From positions 1 through 33,383 of the forward strand of contig JBHJMP010000780.1 of assembly GCA_043381765.1 (NCBI GenBank): DNA of 33,383 nucleotides, read 5' to 3'. Positions 1 through 21,900 of the stretch are shown in pieces. Below the pieces are notes generated by a model. That model had not been told where the DNA came from and made no database searches. It saw only the letters and a list, made by a program, of their open reading frames with translations. How positions within the stretch are numbered: position 1 is the stretch's first letter; each line of letters starts with the position of its first letter. Position numbers and translations under genes: made by a program. The stretch is from Collodictyon triciliatum (taxonomy: Eukaryota).

Positions 1-1092
1 CACACTCTCATCACACTTTCATCACACTCATCACACTCCCATCACACTCCCATCATACTCATCACACTCCCATCACACTCCCATCACACTCCCATCACAC
101 TCTCATCACACCCTCATCACACTCTCATCACACTTTCATCACACTCTCATCACACTCTCATCACACTCATCACACTTTCATCACACTCCCATCACACTCT
201 CATCACACCCTCATCACACTCTCATCACACCCTCATCACACCCTCATCACACTCTCATCACACTCTCATCACACTCTCATCACACTCTCATCACACTTTC
301 ATCACACTCCCATCACACTCTCATCACACTCTCATCACACTCTCATCACACTCCCATCACACTCTCATCACACTCTCATCACACTCTCATCACACTCTCA
401 TCACACTCTCATCACACTCCCATCACACTCCCATCACACTCCCATCACACTCCCATCACACTCTCATCACACTCCCATCACACTCCCATCACACTCTCAT
501 CACACCCTCATCACACTCATCACACTTTCATCACACTCCCATCACACTCTCATCACACCCTCATCACACCCTCATCACACTCTCATCACACTCTCATCAC
601 ACTCTCATCACACTCATCACACTTTCATCACACTCTCATCACACTCTCATCACACTTTCATCACACTCTCATCACACTCTCATCACTCTCATCACACTCT
701 CATCACACTTTCATCACACTTTCATCACACTCCCATCATACTCATCACACTCCCATCACACCCTCATCACACCCTCATCACACCCTCATCACACTTTCAT
801 CACACTTTCATCACACTTTCATCACACTTTCATCACACTCCCATCACACTCCCATCACACTCATCACACTCATCACACTCTCATCACACTCCCATCACAC
901 TCCCATCATACTCATCACACTCCCATCACACTCCCATCATACTCATCACACTCCCATCACACTCCCATCACACTCTCATCACACTCTCATCACACTCCCA
1001 TCATACTCATCACACTCCCATCACACTTTCATCACACTCTCATCACACTCTCATCACACTCTCATCATACTCTCATCACACTCTCATCACTC
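1..1092. repeat. 11-bp variant minisatellite (CATCACACTCT / CATCACACTCC / CATCACACTTT / CATCACACCCT, plus 9-bp variants), probably intronic
   Basis: Continuous tandem array from the window start, no G on the + strand; ends ~18 nt before the CAG acceptor of the UBA exon. Confidence 0.95.
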
Positions 1093-1110
1093 ACTGCGGC
1101 CCTTCCTCAG

Positions 1111-1256
1111 CAGCGCCGCCGCAACAACTCTTTGCCTCCCAGCTGCAGCAACTGCGCGACATGGGCTTCTACGACGAGGAAGCCAACATCCGCGCGCTGC
1201 AGGCCACCCGCGGCAACGTCTCGCTTGCGGTCGAGCGACTTCTTCAGGGCCTCTGA
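1111..1256 (+). CDS. Terminal exon of a ubiquilin/Dsk2-like protein (C-terminal UBA domain); gene begins upstream of the window
   Basis: After ccttcctcag: [47 protein letters not shown] (TGA 1254-1256). QL..L.DMGF.D...N..AL.AT.GNV..AVERLL is the ubiquilin-type UBA signature. Frame not in the ORF track. Confidence 0.88.
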
Positions 1257-1317
1257 CCAACCTTGCTCAGCTCTTCCGTCCTCGTCTCATAAACTGCCGC
1301 CTGGCAAACATCAAACC

Positions 1318-1323
1318 AATAAA
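1318..1323 (+). promoter_or_regulatory. Candidate polyadenylation signal AATAAA of the UBA gene
   Basis: AATAAA ~60 nt after the stop; motif is common in AT-rich DNA. Confidence 0.4.
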
Positions 1324-1793
1324 CCATAAAAAAAAATAGAGCAAATCACCACCAAACAAAGTGTGATTAAACCAACAAAGAACCAAGAAGGAAAAAAAAA
1401 GTGTGTGTCGGTTGGTGCGTCTGCGCATCCATCCCTTATCTGGTATCAATACGCATTTTCTTGAATCATGCAATGCAAAAAGTATATTTCGGGGCCATTT
1501 CTGTGTATTCAGGCGGGTTCGTTGGACTTTCGTTTGCCTTGTTTTTCTTTTCCTGCTTTCGGTTGTGCGTTTTGATGATCACCGAACAGAGTTTGCGTGA
1601 TCCTTGACGCGCCCGAGATCGTTTCTGCCTTGAGCGGATCGCGTGTTTTATTTTGATTTGCTACTATCTTGCTTTTCTAACGGGGGCATTTTATTCTTCT
1701 GCGCTTCGGTGTTGTGCCTGGGTCGCTTCAGCAATTCGCCTTTTGCTTGCCGGGGCCGCTCCTCTGTGCGAAGACACTTTTCTCCCTGCGCGG

Positions 1794-11514
<9,721 letters not shown>

Positions 11515-11717
11515 GTTATGAATTCAGACTCTGGAGAAACTCCAAAGGGTGTCTTTTGGTAGAAAAACTGCTCCGGAATGGACACAAACAAAACTCTTCG
11601 ATTACCGAATTATTTCTCTGACGATTTCTCATACGCATGGAAGAGCCCAATAAATGTATTGGGAGTTATTAAAAAAAAATATGTATCGAAGAAAATATGT
11701 GCTGGTGATTCAGAAGC

Positions 11718-14700
11718 TCAAACAGATACATTTTTTGTGACTAATTGATTGTGTAGTCTATCGAGTTGCTTCAAGCAAATGAGTCCATAAGGCTAGAAAT
11801 CTAAATAATTCGAGTATTGAAATGAATCCTTTTTATCATTCTTAAAGTATAAAAGCACATATATTGGCATATAGCTTTCATATGATTCATTTTGTAATTA
11901 TCTTCTTCTGAATTATTGGCAATTGTTTGAAAAAGAGAACCAACAAATTTTGTAAATGGAAAAAAAAATGGAGAGAATCTCCCATTTTATAATCGAATGA
12001 AATGCACCTTGTTGGATTTCAATGACAATGTTTTTAAGGCCGTGTTCCCTGAAATGCACACGGTCTTGTTTTGTATCTGAAAATCAACAAATATTGAGTG
12101 CAAAATAGAAAAGCTGAAGCGTTCCACTCTTTGAATTATCTTTTCAAATTTTATTTCGTTAATACATCTTTTTCTTCTTTTTTTTTTCTTAGTTTGTGGA
12201 GGGAGGAAAAATATACATCGTTGTGTGAGAAATTTAGTCGTTGGGCGGATGACCAGTGAGAGGTTCGGAGAAGCGTTGTAATCTTGTAAAAAGAGGCCAT
12301 TAGTGCATGTCCAACATCCGACGAAAACCGAATAGCTAGTCTTCTTAGTGCACTTACATTGTTTTGTGATAAATCTAAGCACTTTAATTTGGCCAGGCAA
12401 GAGAACGACGATGGCATGGAGCTAATCTGTTGGCATTTTTTTATTATAAAAAGGAGAATCATTTGATGCCAAAAAAAAAAAAAAAAAAAGAGGTGATATC
12501 AGTGAGAGATGTCATTGCACACTCACAAAAGAAACTGTCTGAAAAAAAGGAGATGTGTTTGTTTCATATCATCATATTCCTTATGAATCAATACTTTGTT
12601 ATGACTTAAATTGATTTCCTCAAGGTTTGTCATCCACCCCACAAAAACAGGGATGATTGATATCTGCGTGTAAAACATTCTTTTAAAAAAATCTCCAACG
12701 ATGGCATTTCCTCATAAGATGTTAAGATTCTAGATTAATATCTTATTATTGTATATCTAATATCATCATTATACCGAGTTAAATGAAAAATTTAAAGACA
12801 GGGTATCCATCAGAGGATAGATGTCATCAGGTATCTCGGTTATCTAACATATCTTAGTCATACAAGGGTAAACTATTCGTGATTATAGGTCATGTACGAA
12901 ATTTGTTGCGGGTATGGCAGAATTGCATCAATAATCGGTGATTCATATAAGAGCATACAACACATACAGCGTTGTTGGAAAAATTGAGTGATCTTGGTGG
13001 CTGATGCAAAAACGCAACATGCTGAAGCAACTTCTGGTTGATGCAAGATAGCTTCTGGTTTGTTTGCTGCAAATATTTGGTCCTCAAGTCCAAATTGTCA
13101 TATAAGAAATACAAGGTTGAATCGAGAGGATTTTGCCCTATTTCGATGGAACTCAACAATGGGAATACAGTCAAATCCGTGATAGATTTAAGCTGGCATA
13201 TTTTCCCGAATGATGAAATAAAAATTATATTTAAAATTAAAAGCTTCATCCACAAGCATTTTTCATAGCAAGATATATGTATATATTATAATTTGAATTA
13301 CAAGGACATGGTAAAACATTTTTTTTAAATATTCTTATGATTGAATAAACCTGATTCCCTTTCAAATTTAATCTTTTCAATCCGCTAAGCAATGTAATGC
13401 AGGAGGGAAGGGCACTTACCTACCGCGATTGAGAACAAATGAGTCCAAAATAAAATATTCTCATGTGCAGAAGAAACTGATTTGTTTATATTAACTTGCA
13501 CGATTACTCATTCGATTGAGAATTTAATTTTCGGTCAAAGTGACCTACTTTCATGCCTGTTCACATAAATTAATGGATTACGTGATTGCATGAGATGTCT
13601 AGGAGTGTCAGTTTCGTCATACACGCCAGCCAATCAGGCAATGAAGATATCTAATATTTGCGTTGAATAAGCCCATTATAAGACAAACTGCTGTCGGCCC
13701 GAAATTAATATATGAGGTGCTGAGTACTAATTCTATAGACAGGTCCTTTAAGAAATATTGGCGAATTCATAGATATAATTGGGAGTACTTTGGCTTTGGA
13801 TTGAGAGGAAAAAGCACAATTTGCTATTGAGAAGCTGCAAAGGTTTAATAAGGCGGACATAAAATCAGGGATGTTGGCAATCTGAGCTTTCAACATCGGA
13901 ATTATGAGAGTTTAAAAAAATGCGGTTGTGTGATTGTTTTGTTGTTTTTTTCAAATCAAGTGTTCCCTTCTAATATAGCAGGTCGAATAAATGCTACATA
14001 CCTTGTTTCCGCCCATGGACAGATGCCTCAACCCTGTGAGACACCGAAATTCGAACGGGATAGATGATATCTGTTAAAAGTAAATCGAAGGAAGGAAGGA
14101 AGGAAGGAAGGAAGGAAGGAAGGAAGGAAGGAAGGAAGGAAGGAAGGAAGGAAGGAAGGAAGGAAGGAAGGATAAGAAAACAAGGAAAATAAATATTCAG
14201 ATTATACTTTTCACGTTTCCCTTACAAATCCTACTCTCAAAATAAAGGATATGTGGATTTTGTTAAACTTTTAGATTTATATCATTAAAATAAAGGTTTA
14301 ATTACAGTGTGATCGAATGTGGAAAAACCTGATTATCATGGAAAGAAAATGAGAGTAAATTTGTCAGGTGATTTATTTCGCACGGTATAACACTTATCTA
14401 TAAATATGCACAGCATTAGTCACTATGATACTTATATGAAAGAAATCAGAACAAAAAATTGAAACACCAGTAGATATTAAAGCATAATGCATGGTAACTT
14501 ACTTTGTTTTTTGATATATCAAGTGCCTGCAAGTTGCTTAAGTGACGTATCCCATCCAGAGATAGTATCTATTTCATATCAAAAATCGCTATCACTATCA
14601 CTATCACTATCACTATCACTATCACTATCACTATCACTATCACCATCATCATCACCATCACTATTAATATCACTATCACCATCACAATCACTATCACTAT

Positions 14701-15394
14701 CACTATCACATAGATTTAGAACGTGTGAATGATTGTTAATACCTGATTACCAGTGCACGAGAGTACATGCATGTATTCGAATGAAGGCGATAGAATGGGA
14801 CTGAGATTGGCTATCTACATCACACGAACATGTCAACGCAACCAAAAATACACCCTCATTATGATAAAATGGTTAATTGCGTATGTAGACGAAATGCACA
14901 CACGAACTCAGCATATAAATACTGAATATAAATCATATTCACACTCCAACCGTTTTTTTTCACAAACAAACAAACAAACAAACAAACAATACAATACAAT
15001 ACAATACAATACAATACAATACAATACAATACAATACAATACAATACAATACAATACAATACAATACAATACAATACAATACAAACAAACAAACAAACAA
15101 ACAAACAAACAAACAAACAAACAAACAAACAAACAAACAAACAAACAAACAAACAAAAACTTGGCGCACATGGGAGAGGTTCCTCAATAATGAGCGAGAG
15201 TGTATGTAGGGCTGATAAGTCGATCGATGCAAGAAAAAAGAAAAGATAAGACAAACAAAGAACGAAAGACCAGCCTTGTTTCCATCCAATCGAAGGTGCG
15301 TGAGTAGCGTTAACAGGCTTAATGAAGCCGGGATTTCCATGAGACCGCGGCGCACAAGGCTCACCTCTACACGCGCGTTTTCACCAAAGTCCAT
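11718..15394 (-). CDS. Leucine-rich repeat protein, ~15 exons, mostly one LRR per exon; both ends uncertain
   Basis: Minus-strand exons: 15394-15275 (MDFGE...EIPASLSLLTLLTHLRLDGNK), 14814-14743 (IANLSP...LSCTGNQ), 14568-14503 (ILSLDGIRHLSNLQALDISKNK), 14397-14329, 14070-14002 (ISSIPFEFRCLTGLRHLSMGGNK), 13881-13789?, 13650-13582 (ISSLPDWLACMTKLTLLDISCNH), 13419-13351 (VSALPSCITLLSGLKRLNLKGNQ), 13192-12968, 12843-12775, 12663-12595, 12426-12358 (ISSMPSSFSCLAKLKCLDLSQNN), 12282-12217, 12076-12008, last exon 11800-11771 or 11792-11718. Confidence 0.85.
14087..14172. repeat. Intronic (GAAG)n microsatellite
   Basis: Directly visible; forms the (CTTC)n pyrimidine tract of an LRR-gene intron on the - strand. 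Confidence 0.95.
14589..14710. repeat. Intronic (CTATCA)n microsatellite
   Basis: Directly visible. Confidence 0.92.
14962..15160. repeat. Compound (AAAC)n-(AATAC)n-(AAAC)n microsatellite
   Basis: Pentamer block embedded in a tetramer array. Confidence 0.95.
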
Positions 15395-15409
15395 TTCTTC
15401 CCACGCAGC

Positions 15410-15556
15410 GAAAAGAAAAAGAAAAAGAAAAAGAAAAAGAAAAAGAAAAAGAAAAAGAAAAGAAAAGAAAAAGAAAAAGAAAAAGAAAAGAAAAGAAAAG
15501 AGAAGAAAAGAAAAGAAATTGATATAAAAAGAAAAAGGAAAAGAAAAAGAAAAGAG
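15410..15556. repeat. (GAAAAA)n / (GAAAA)n purine tract just upstream of the LRR gene ATG
   Basis: Directly visible. Confidence 0.92.
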
Positions 15557-16002
15557 CGAAAGAGAATAAGAGCTAGTCAGTCGCAATAGTGTCTATAAGT
15601 ACTCAGCCAAGCCAGACGCCCAACACTCAAGACAATCCCCTGCGTTCGTGCCTTTCTAAGGGCAGAAAAGCATCCAAAGTCCTCAAGAACAAGAACAAAA
15701 CAACAACCCTCAACTCCTCAGCAGAAGCACCATAACCACAAGACACTGCCTTTTCCTGCCACTCTGCCACGATCGCAGAGCAGAAAGCAAAGACACTAAA
15801 GAAAGCAATGGTTTCAACGCGAATAAGTCGAGTCCAACCATAACCCGCCGCAAACAGAGACATGGCAAGAAAAGTCCGCGCCTGCCTCTGAGAAAACAAC
15901 AAAGTCATACACTTGTATATAGACATACACAAAGAAGAGGAAGAAGGAGATGATATAGAGCGTCTGACTAAACACCTTCACAGTCTCCACGAATACAAGC
16001 AC

Positions 16003-17660
16003 ATGCTGGCCGCTCAAAGACAACTCAGCCGGATCGCCTTTGGTCGAATCAAGGCAGCCGCTTTCGCCCAGCCGTGGAGGCGGCTGCAAACAGAATCTGC
16101 TGCGGCTGACGAGTCCGCAAACGCAGAGGCAGCAGACTTTGTGGATCGGCTCCGAAACGCTGCGTTTGAGGCCTTGACTGCCCCGCCAAAGTCTGACACA
16201 CTCACGCGGAAGGAGACCCTGGATCGCATTCTGCGAGTCGACCACGCGGGGGAACGCGGCGCCATCATGATCTACAAAGGCCAGCTTGATGCTCTACGCG
16301 GGTCTTCTGATGAGGCTATCATCAAGGTTTTCTTTTCTTTTCTCATATTTTATCATCAAGAGTTACTTAAACAACAATAACAAAAAAAAAACTATTCATC
16401 TTCATCATCTCTATTATCTCTATTATCTCTATTATCTCTATTATCTCTATTATCTCTATTATCTCTATTATCTCTATTATCTCTATTATCTCTATTATCT
16501 CTATTATCTCTATTATCTCTAGTATCTCTAGTATCTCTAGTATCTCTAGTATCTCTAGTATCTCTAGTATCTCTAGTATCTCTAGTATCTCTAGTATCTC
16601 TAGTATCTCTAGTATCTCTAGTATCTCTAGTATCTCTATCATCCCTATCATCTCTATCATCTCTTTTTCATATTTCTGGTGCAATTGCTATCAAGAACAA
16701 ATCACCTACTTGACTCTCTAGGAGATGGCGGATCAAGAACTGGAACACCTCCAGAAATTCAACGAGCTACTTCCTCAAAGGCGCGTGCGACCGACTCTGC
16801 TGATGCCGCTTTGGGATGTCGCGGGGTACACACTTGGATTCGTGACTGGAAAGATGGGGAAAGAGGCTGCGATGCTCTGCACAGTTGCAGGTCGGTATAC
16901 TAGACATTTTCTCGTCAGCCTTGGACTCCATGAAAATGAGCGTTGCAAATAACGTGCATATCTTTTAAAAAATATATAGTGAGAAAAAACTATCATTATC
17001 TGGTTTTTTTCTTTTCTATCGGTTGTTTGACTTGGTCCCATTTAAAACGGGACTTTTGCTAACCATGGTATTCACTGGTGTATATGTCTTCGTTTCGTGT
17101 GGCTCTGTAGTGGAGAAAGTAATTGGGAGCCACTATAACGACCAGCTGAGAGTTTTGCATGAACCACGATTCAAGGAGGAGAAGGAACTCAGAGAGGCAA
17201 CATTTTTCTTCTGTTCGAATATGTCCCTCTTTTTCTTTTCTTTTCTTTTTTTTTATCCCATATGGTATCGCCTCAGCATTCGTAGCTCCCACATTACGGA
17301 TCGCTTGGACGACCAAATCAGTGAAATAGCTTACGGATACCTCATTGTGTGATAGATTATCCGCAAGTTTCGAGATGACGAGATTGAACACCACGACATT
17401 GCCCAAGGAAGAGGAGCTGACCAGGTACATTCCATCACCTTAAAATCACAGGCGAGCAAGGAGATATGTCTAGCGCATGAGCCACGTTATCAGATAAAGT
17501 TGCGTGAATCCAATCGCCACCCATTTTGTTGTGATGCCATAAGCGTATATTGGAAAGTAGCTAATACAATCCACGAATGAAGGCGCCGGCTGCCTCAGCA
17601 CTTACTGCTGCCATTCAGATTGGATCGCACGTCGCCATCTGGGTTGCATCTCGAGTCTGA
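16003..17660 (+). CDS. COQ7: 5-demethoxyubiquinone hydroxylase (COQ7/CLK-1), mitochondrial, ~241 aa, 5 exons
   Basis: Exons 16003-16326, 16722-16890, 17111-17196, 17356-17424, 17583-17660. Motifs RILRVDHAGERGAIMIYKGQ, QELEH, RVRPTLLMPLW, AAMLCTVAVEKVIGSHYNDQLR, FRDDEIEHHD, AIWVASRV*. Arg/Ala-rich N-terminus resembles a mitochondrial presequence. Confidence 0.96.
16407..16662. repeat. Intronic 9-bp repeat (ATCTCTATT)n switching to (ATCTCTAGT)n
   Basis: Directly visible in COQ7 intron 1. Confidence 0.95.
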
Positions 17661-18901
17661 GAGTATGGAAATAAAGTGTCTTGCAGAAAGTAAAAAAAAA
17701 ATGAGGCCAGACGATGACGCACAAAATGATGGTATGCTGCATAGACAAGGATAGCGGCGGAGTGCAAGCGCCCATGCCCTGTACAAAAGCATGCAATTTG
17801 TCTATCTTTACTTGAAAGTGACCTGTGTTCTAAATTATCGAGGGTTCGGAGATGTAAATCTATTTTATCTATAAATTCCACATTCGTTATCGACATCAAC
17901 CATAAGTCAATTTCGAAAATACTTCCCAATTGAGCAAATGGGAAACCCCTTTAACTCAGTGTGCTTCTTTGAAAGTTCATTAGATAAAGCGATGATACCC
18001 TGAGCACAGAATACAAATTTGTTTGCGCAGTTGCGGAGCATTTCTACCAAAGTTTCCAAAGGACTTGTTACAAAATTCAATGAAATTCTCCAGAGATGGA
18101 GCCTTTAATATTGGGAACGAATCTGTAACGGATGTCATCCAGATATAGGAAAAGCAGCCTCGCAATCCTAAAGTCTATTCGCCACGCCAGCCGTTGCCAA
18201 CAGGCTTCTTTGCCGCCGCACAGATTTCACATTTTCTTGTGTCGGAAATGAAGGCAAAGGCGCGATCGAATGAGATATTTGTTTATTAGAAGTGAGTACA
18301 ACGATGGGAGGGTTTTGTTTGGAGAGAAGCAGCAGATCAAGAAGCACAACAGAGATCAATCCAGGTCAAGGCGAATGCTCCTGTTCTACATGTGATTCAG
18401 CTTCGCTTTTTGAATATTCGATATGTTTGTATATTTGTAATTATTTTGAGCTTTTTTTTTGTTGGCTGCTTTACTCTTGGTTGAGGATGGGCGTTACTCT
18501 GGGTTGAGGATGGAGAAGAGTGCCCTTTACTCCACGCAACCGACTCCAATATCCGGGATTTTTCTTAAAGAGTATTATAGAAAGCAGGCGAAAAAGAGTA
18601 GGGAAAAGGGCCCACTACCCAGCCACCCAGATATTTTCGCTCTTCCTTTCTATTTTTCTTCTTTGTTTGCTCCTTGTCAGTTTTGTGAAGTTGAAGATTT
18701 AATGATTGTATCGAATATAGTAACGTCGCACGACTCTGATTCTCTACAGCACAGTCTCTGAAGTAACCAAACACACAGCAAATCAGGCATCAGCAACCAG
18801 AGTCGCACCCAAAGTACAATACCGGAAAGAAGAGGAATACAAAGGGTTCACACGAAATACGTCGACCGCGAGGTTTCATATCCACGGACAACTGAAGAAT
18901 C

Positions 18902-21900
18902 ATGCAAAGCACCATCGACGTCGCTATCGCCTTTTGTTTAGTCCTTCTCTGCTCTTCTAACATTGCAAGTCAGTATCGTTTCCGACCCATTCTCAATTTA
19001 TATACGTGATAAAAAAAAGCAACTTTCACATGACCAAACCTATGCAAAACTCTGCAAATGATTGGTAATATCTTTGTCTCGTAATTGCAGCCGGGCGAGT
19101 GCAGTTCGATGGTCCTTGGGAGATTCTGTCAAACAATCTACCTCCCCTCGACTCACGCACATCCCTTACGTACAATAACTCTGTCTATCTCTTTCCTGAA
19201 GGGTTTGATTCACATTCTATCATTTGTTAATAATATATATTCACAGTAAAAGCATCACTGATGAGTTTTTTATTTTAAAAACAAATACGATGATGTATGT
19301 TTTGAAAAGAACGTGCGACAATAAAAAGAGATTATCAACTAGTTATGCTGTCGACTGGGATGAGGATGAGAGGACAGTAAACCACATCTACCGATTTTAC
19401 GACATTCGTTTGTGATGTTTCGCGATTTTAAGACATAAATAAGTTTGATAAATGATTATGTACCAAATAAATAAAATCCTACCCAGGAGCACATATTTAA
19501 ATCCCCTTTTTTTGTTTTGTTTAAACTCGCAGAGGGAATCATATTACAGATTACATGTATGAATACTGTTTGAAGAAACTGTTATTAACGGGCTTCTTTT
19601 TTTGCTAGATGCTTTCAAGTCTGAGCTAGTAATGACAAACGGTGATGCACCCTTGGTCAGAGATGATTTCTGCACCGTGGTTATTGGTGACATGGTTAGT
19701 TGCATACTTTTGAGCCCACTTTGGCTGTCATACCATCTTCAAGTCCTGTAATTGATGCAAAATTGGTATTTACTTTATCTAAATAAAAACTGTTGTGCAG
19801 GTCTATCTGTTTGGAGGACTGACAGACTCATTCATGAGTGATTTGAACAGCTTGGATATGAAAACCCTAACATGGAACCAGATTCAGCCAAAGGGGAAAG
19901 CTCCTAGTGGGCGAAAATTCCCGGTATGTTTTGAATATAAAGGAAAGCTTCACATGTACAGTGGGTATCTACCCGTTGACGTCGGACGCGACCTTTGGAG
20001 TTACAATTCGGGTTTTGCATCATTGTTTACAAATATAATACATTAATTAATATTTCACAAATGAAAGACAAACCTTGGTCGTACAGCTTCGGCTGCAGTC
20101 TCATGACACTAAAATAAAATAAAAGAGAATACGTGTTTTAATGCCACTTATAATCGAACAGATACTATGGCATGGAGCCAAATCGGATACAGCCCTGGCA
20201 GTTATCCATACGTTTATACGCCCATAACAGCAGTTTACGAAGATAAATTGTACGTTTACGGCGGGAGAAATATCCTTGAGGTCATTGTGAACGACTTTTG
20301 GTCTTTTTCATTTGGTAATTATATTTTCTCTCAACATCATCAATACTTAAGCACTTTTACAGAATACCTCACTGATTCATTCTCACTGCAGATACACGAA
20401 TATGGACTGTTTTGGCACTATCGAATCCCAATCAGTACTCTCTTCCTGGTTCATATTTGGGCTCGTTTGCCACAGTTGGTAACAAGCTGTACTTTGTAGC
20501 TGGCCAGAATAAGAATGATGATAATCATCCTGACCCTGGCATATATGCAATCAACTTGGGTAAGTCAACACACACGTATTTTCACTCAAATTAATTATAC
20601 TTTGAAAAAACTGAAACAATGACTGAAACAATAACCGAAACAAGAACCCTAACTCAAAAGAAGAGAAGAGAAGAGAAGAGAAGAGAAAAGAAGAGAAAAG
20701 AAGAGAAAAGAAGAGAAAAGAAGAGAAAAGAAGAGAAAAGAAGAGAAAAGAAGAGAAAAGAAGAGAAAAGAAGAGAAAAGAAGAGAAAAGAAGAGAAAAN
20801 NNNNNNNNNNNNNNNNNNNNNNNNNNNNNNNNNNNNNNNNNNNNNNNNNNNNNNNNNNNNNNNNNNNNNNNNNNNNNNNNNNNNNNNNNNNNNNNNNNNA
20901 AAAGAAAAAAGAAAAAAAAAAAGAAAAGAAAAAAGAAAAGAAAAAAGAAAAGAAAAAAGAAAAGAAAAAAGAAAAGAAAAAAGAAAAGAAAAGAATAGAA
21001 AAGAATAGAAAAGAAAAGAAGAGAAAAGAAGAGAAAAGAAGAAAGAAGAAAGAAGAAAGAAGAAAGAAAAAAGAAGAAAAAAGAAGAAAAAATGAAAAAT
21101 GAAAATAAAAGAAAAGATAAAAGAAAAATGAAAATAAAAAGAAAAGAAAGAAAAAGAAAGAAAAATGAAAATAAAAAGAAAAATAAAAATAAAATGAAAA
21201 TAAAAAGAAAATAAAAAGAAAATAAAAAGAAAATAAAAAGAAAATAAAAAGAAAAAGAAAATGAAAATGAAAATAAAAAGAAAATGAAAATAAAAAGAAA
21301 ATGAAAATAAAAAGAAAATGAAAATAAAATGAAAATAAAAAGAAAATGAAAATAAAAAGAAAATGAAAATAAAAAGAAAATGAAAATAAAAAGAAAATGA
21401 AAATAAAAAGAAAATGAAAATAAAAAGAAAAGAAGAAAAGAAAGAAAAGAAAGAAAAAGAAAGAAAAAGAAAGAAAAAGAAAGAAAAAGAAAGAGGGAGG
21501 AAATGTTAAATTTTATCTGAAGCTTTCGTCCATATAGAAACTCTCGAGTTTGAATTATCCCAGACCTATGAGGATGTCGTCGACAGCTTTCCCTACCTCT
21601 ACGATTATCCAATGCCCCGGCTGTATTCCTCAATGACCGCTGTTGGAAAATTCCTCTTTCTTAATGGCGGTGAAGATATGTACATTACAGATGATGCATG
21701 GATATTCGACACTGGTATATATTCATACATTATATATATATTCATAATATGTACGCCTAATAGATTTCGAAAAAAAAATACTGAACAAAATTGAACACTT
21801 TGCAACAAAGACACAAACGAATGGGTTGGAACTTCCCAGAAGTATTATCCGATTGGTAGAGTTGGTGCAACAATCACCGCTCTGGACAGCCAAAAGCTTG

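Noticed and set aside
1-1092. Array as CRISPR or telomeric repeat
   Set aside because: No unique spacers; eukaryotic context; 11-bp unit lacks a TTAGGG-like form and runs directly into a splice acceptor.
1132-1329. 65 aa ORF in the track
   Set aside because: Alternative frame over the UBA exon, starting at TTG; the UBA frame is the recognisable one.
15913-16002. N-terminal extension of the COQ7 ORF
   Set aside because: Begins at TTG and is acidic; ATG 16003 gives a typical mitochondrial presequence.
20551-21633. 360 aa Phe-rich minus ORF resembling a membrane protein
   Set aside because: Translation of an intronic purine repeat read through the N gap.
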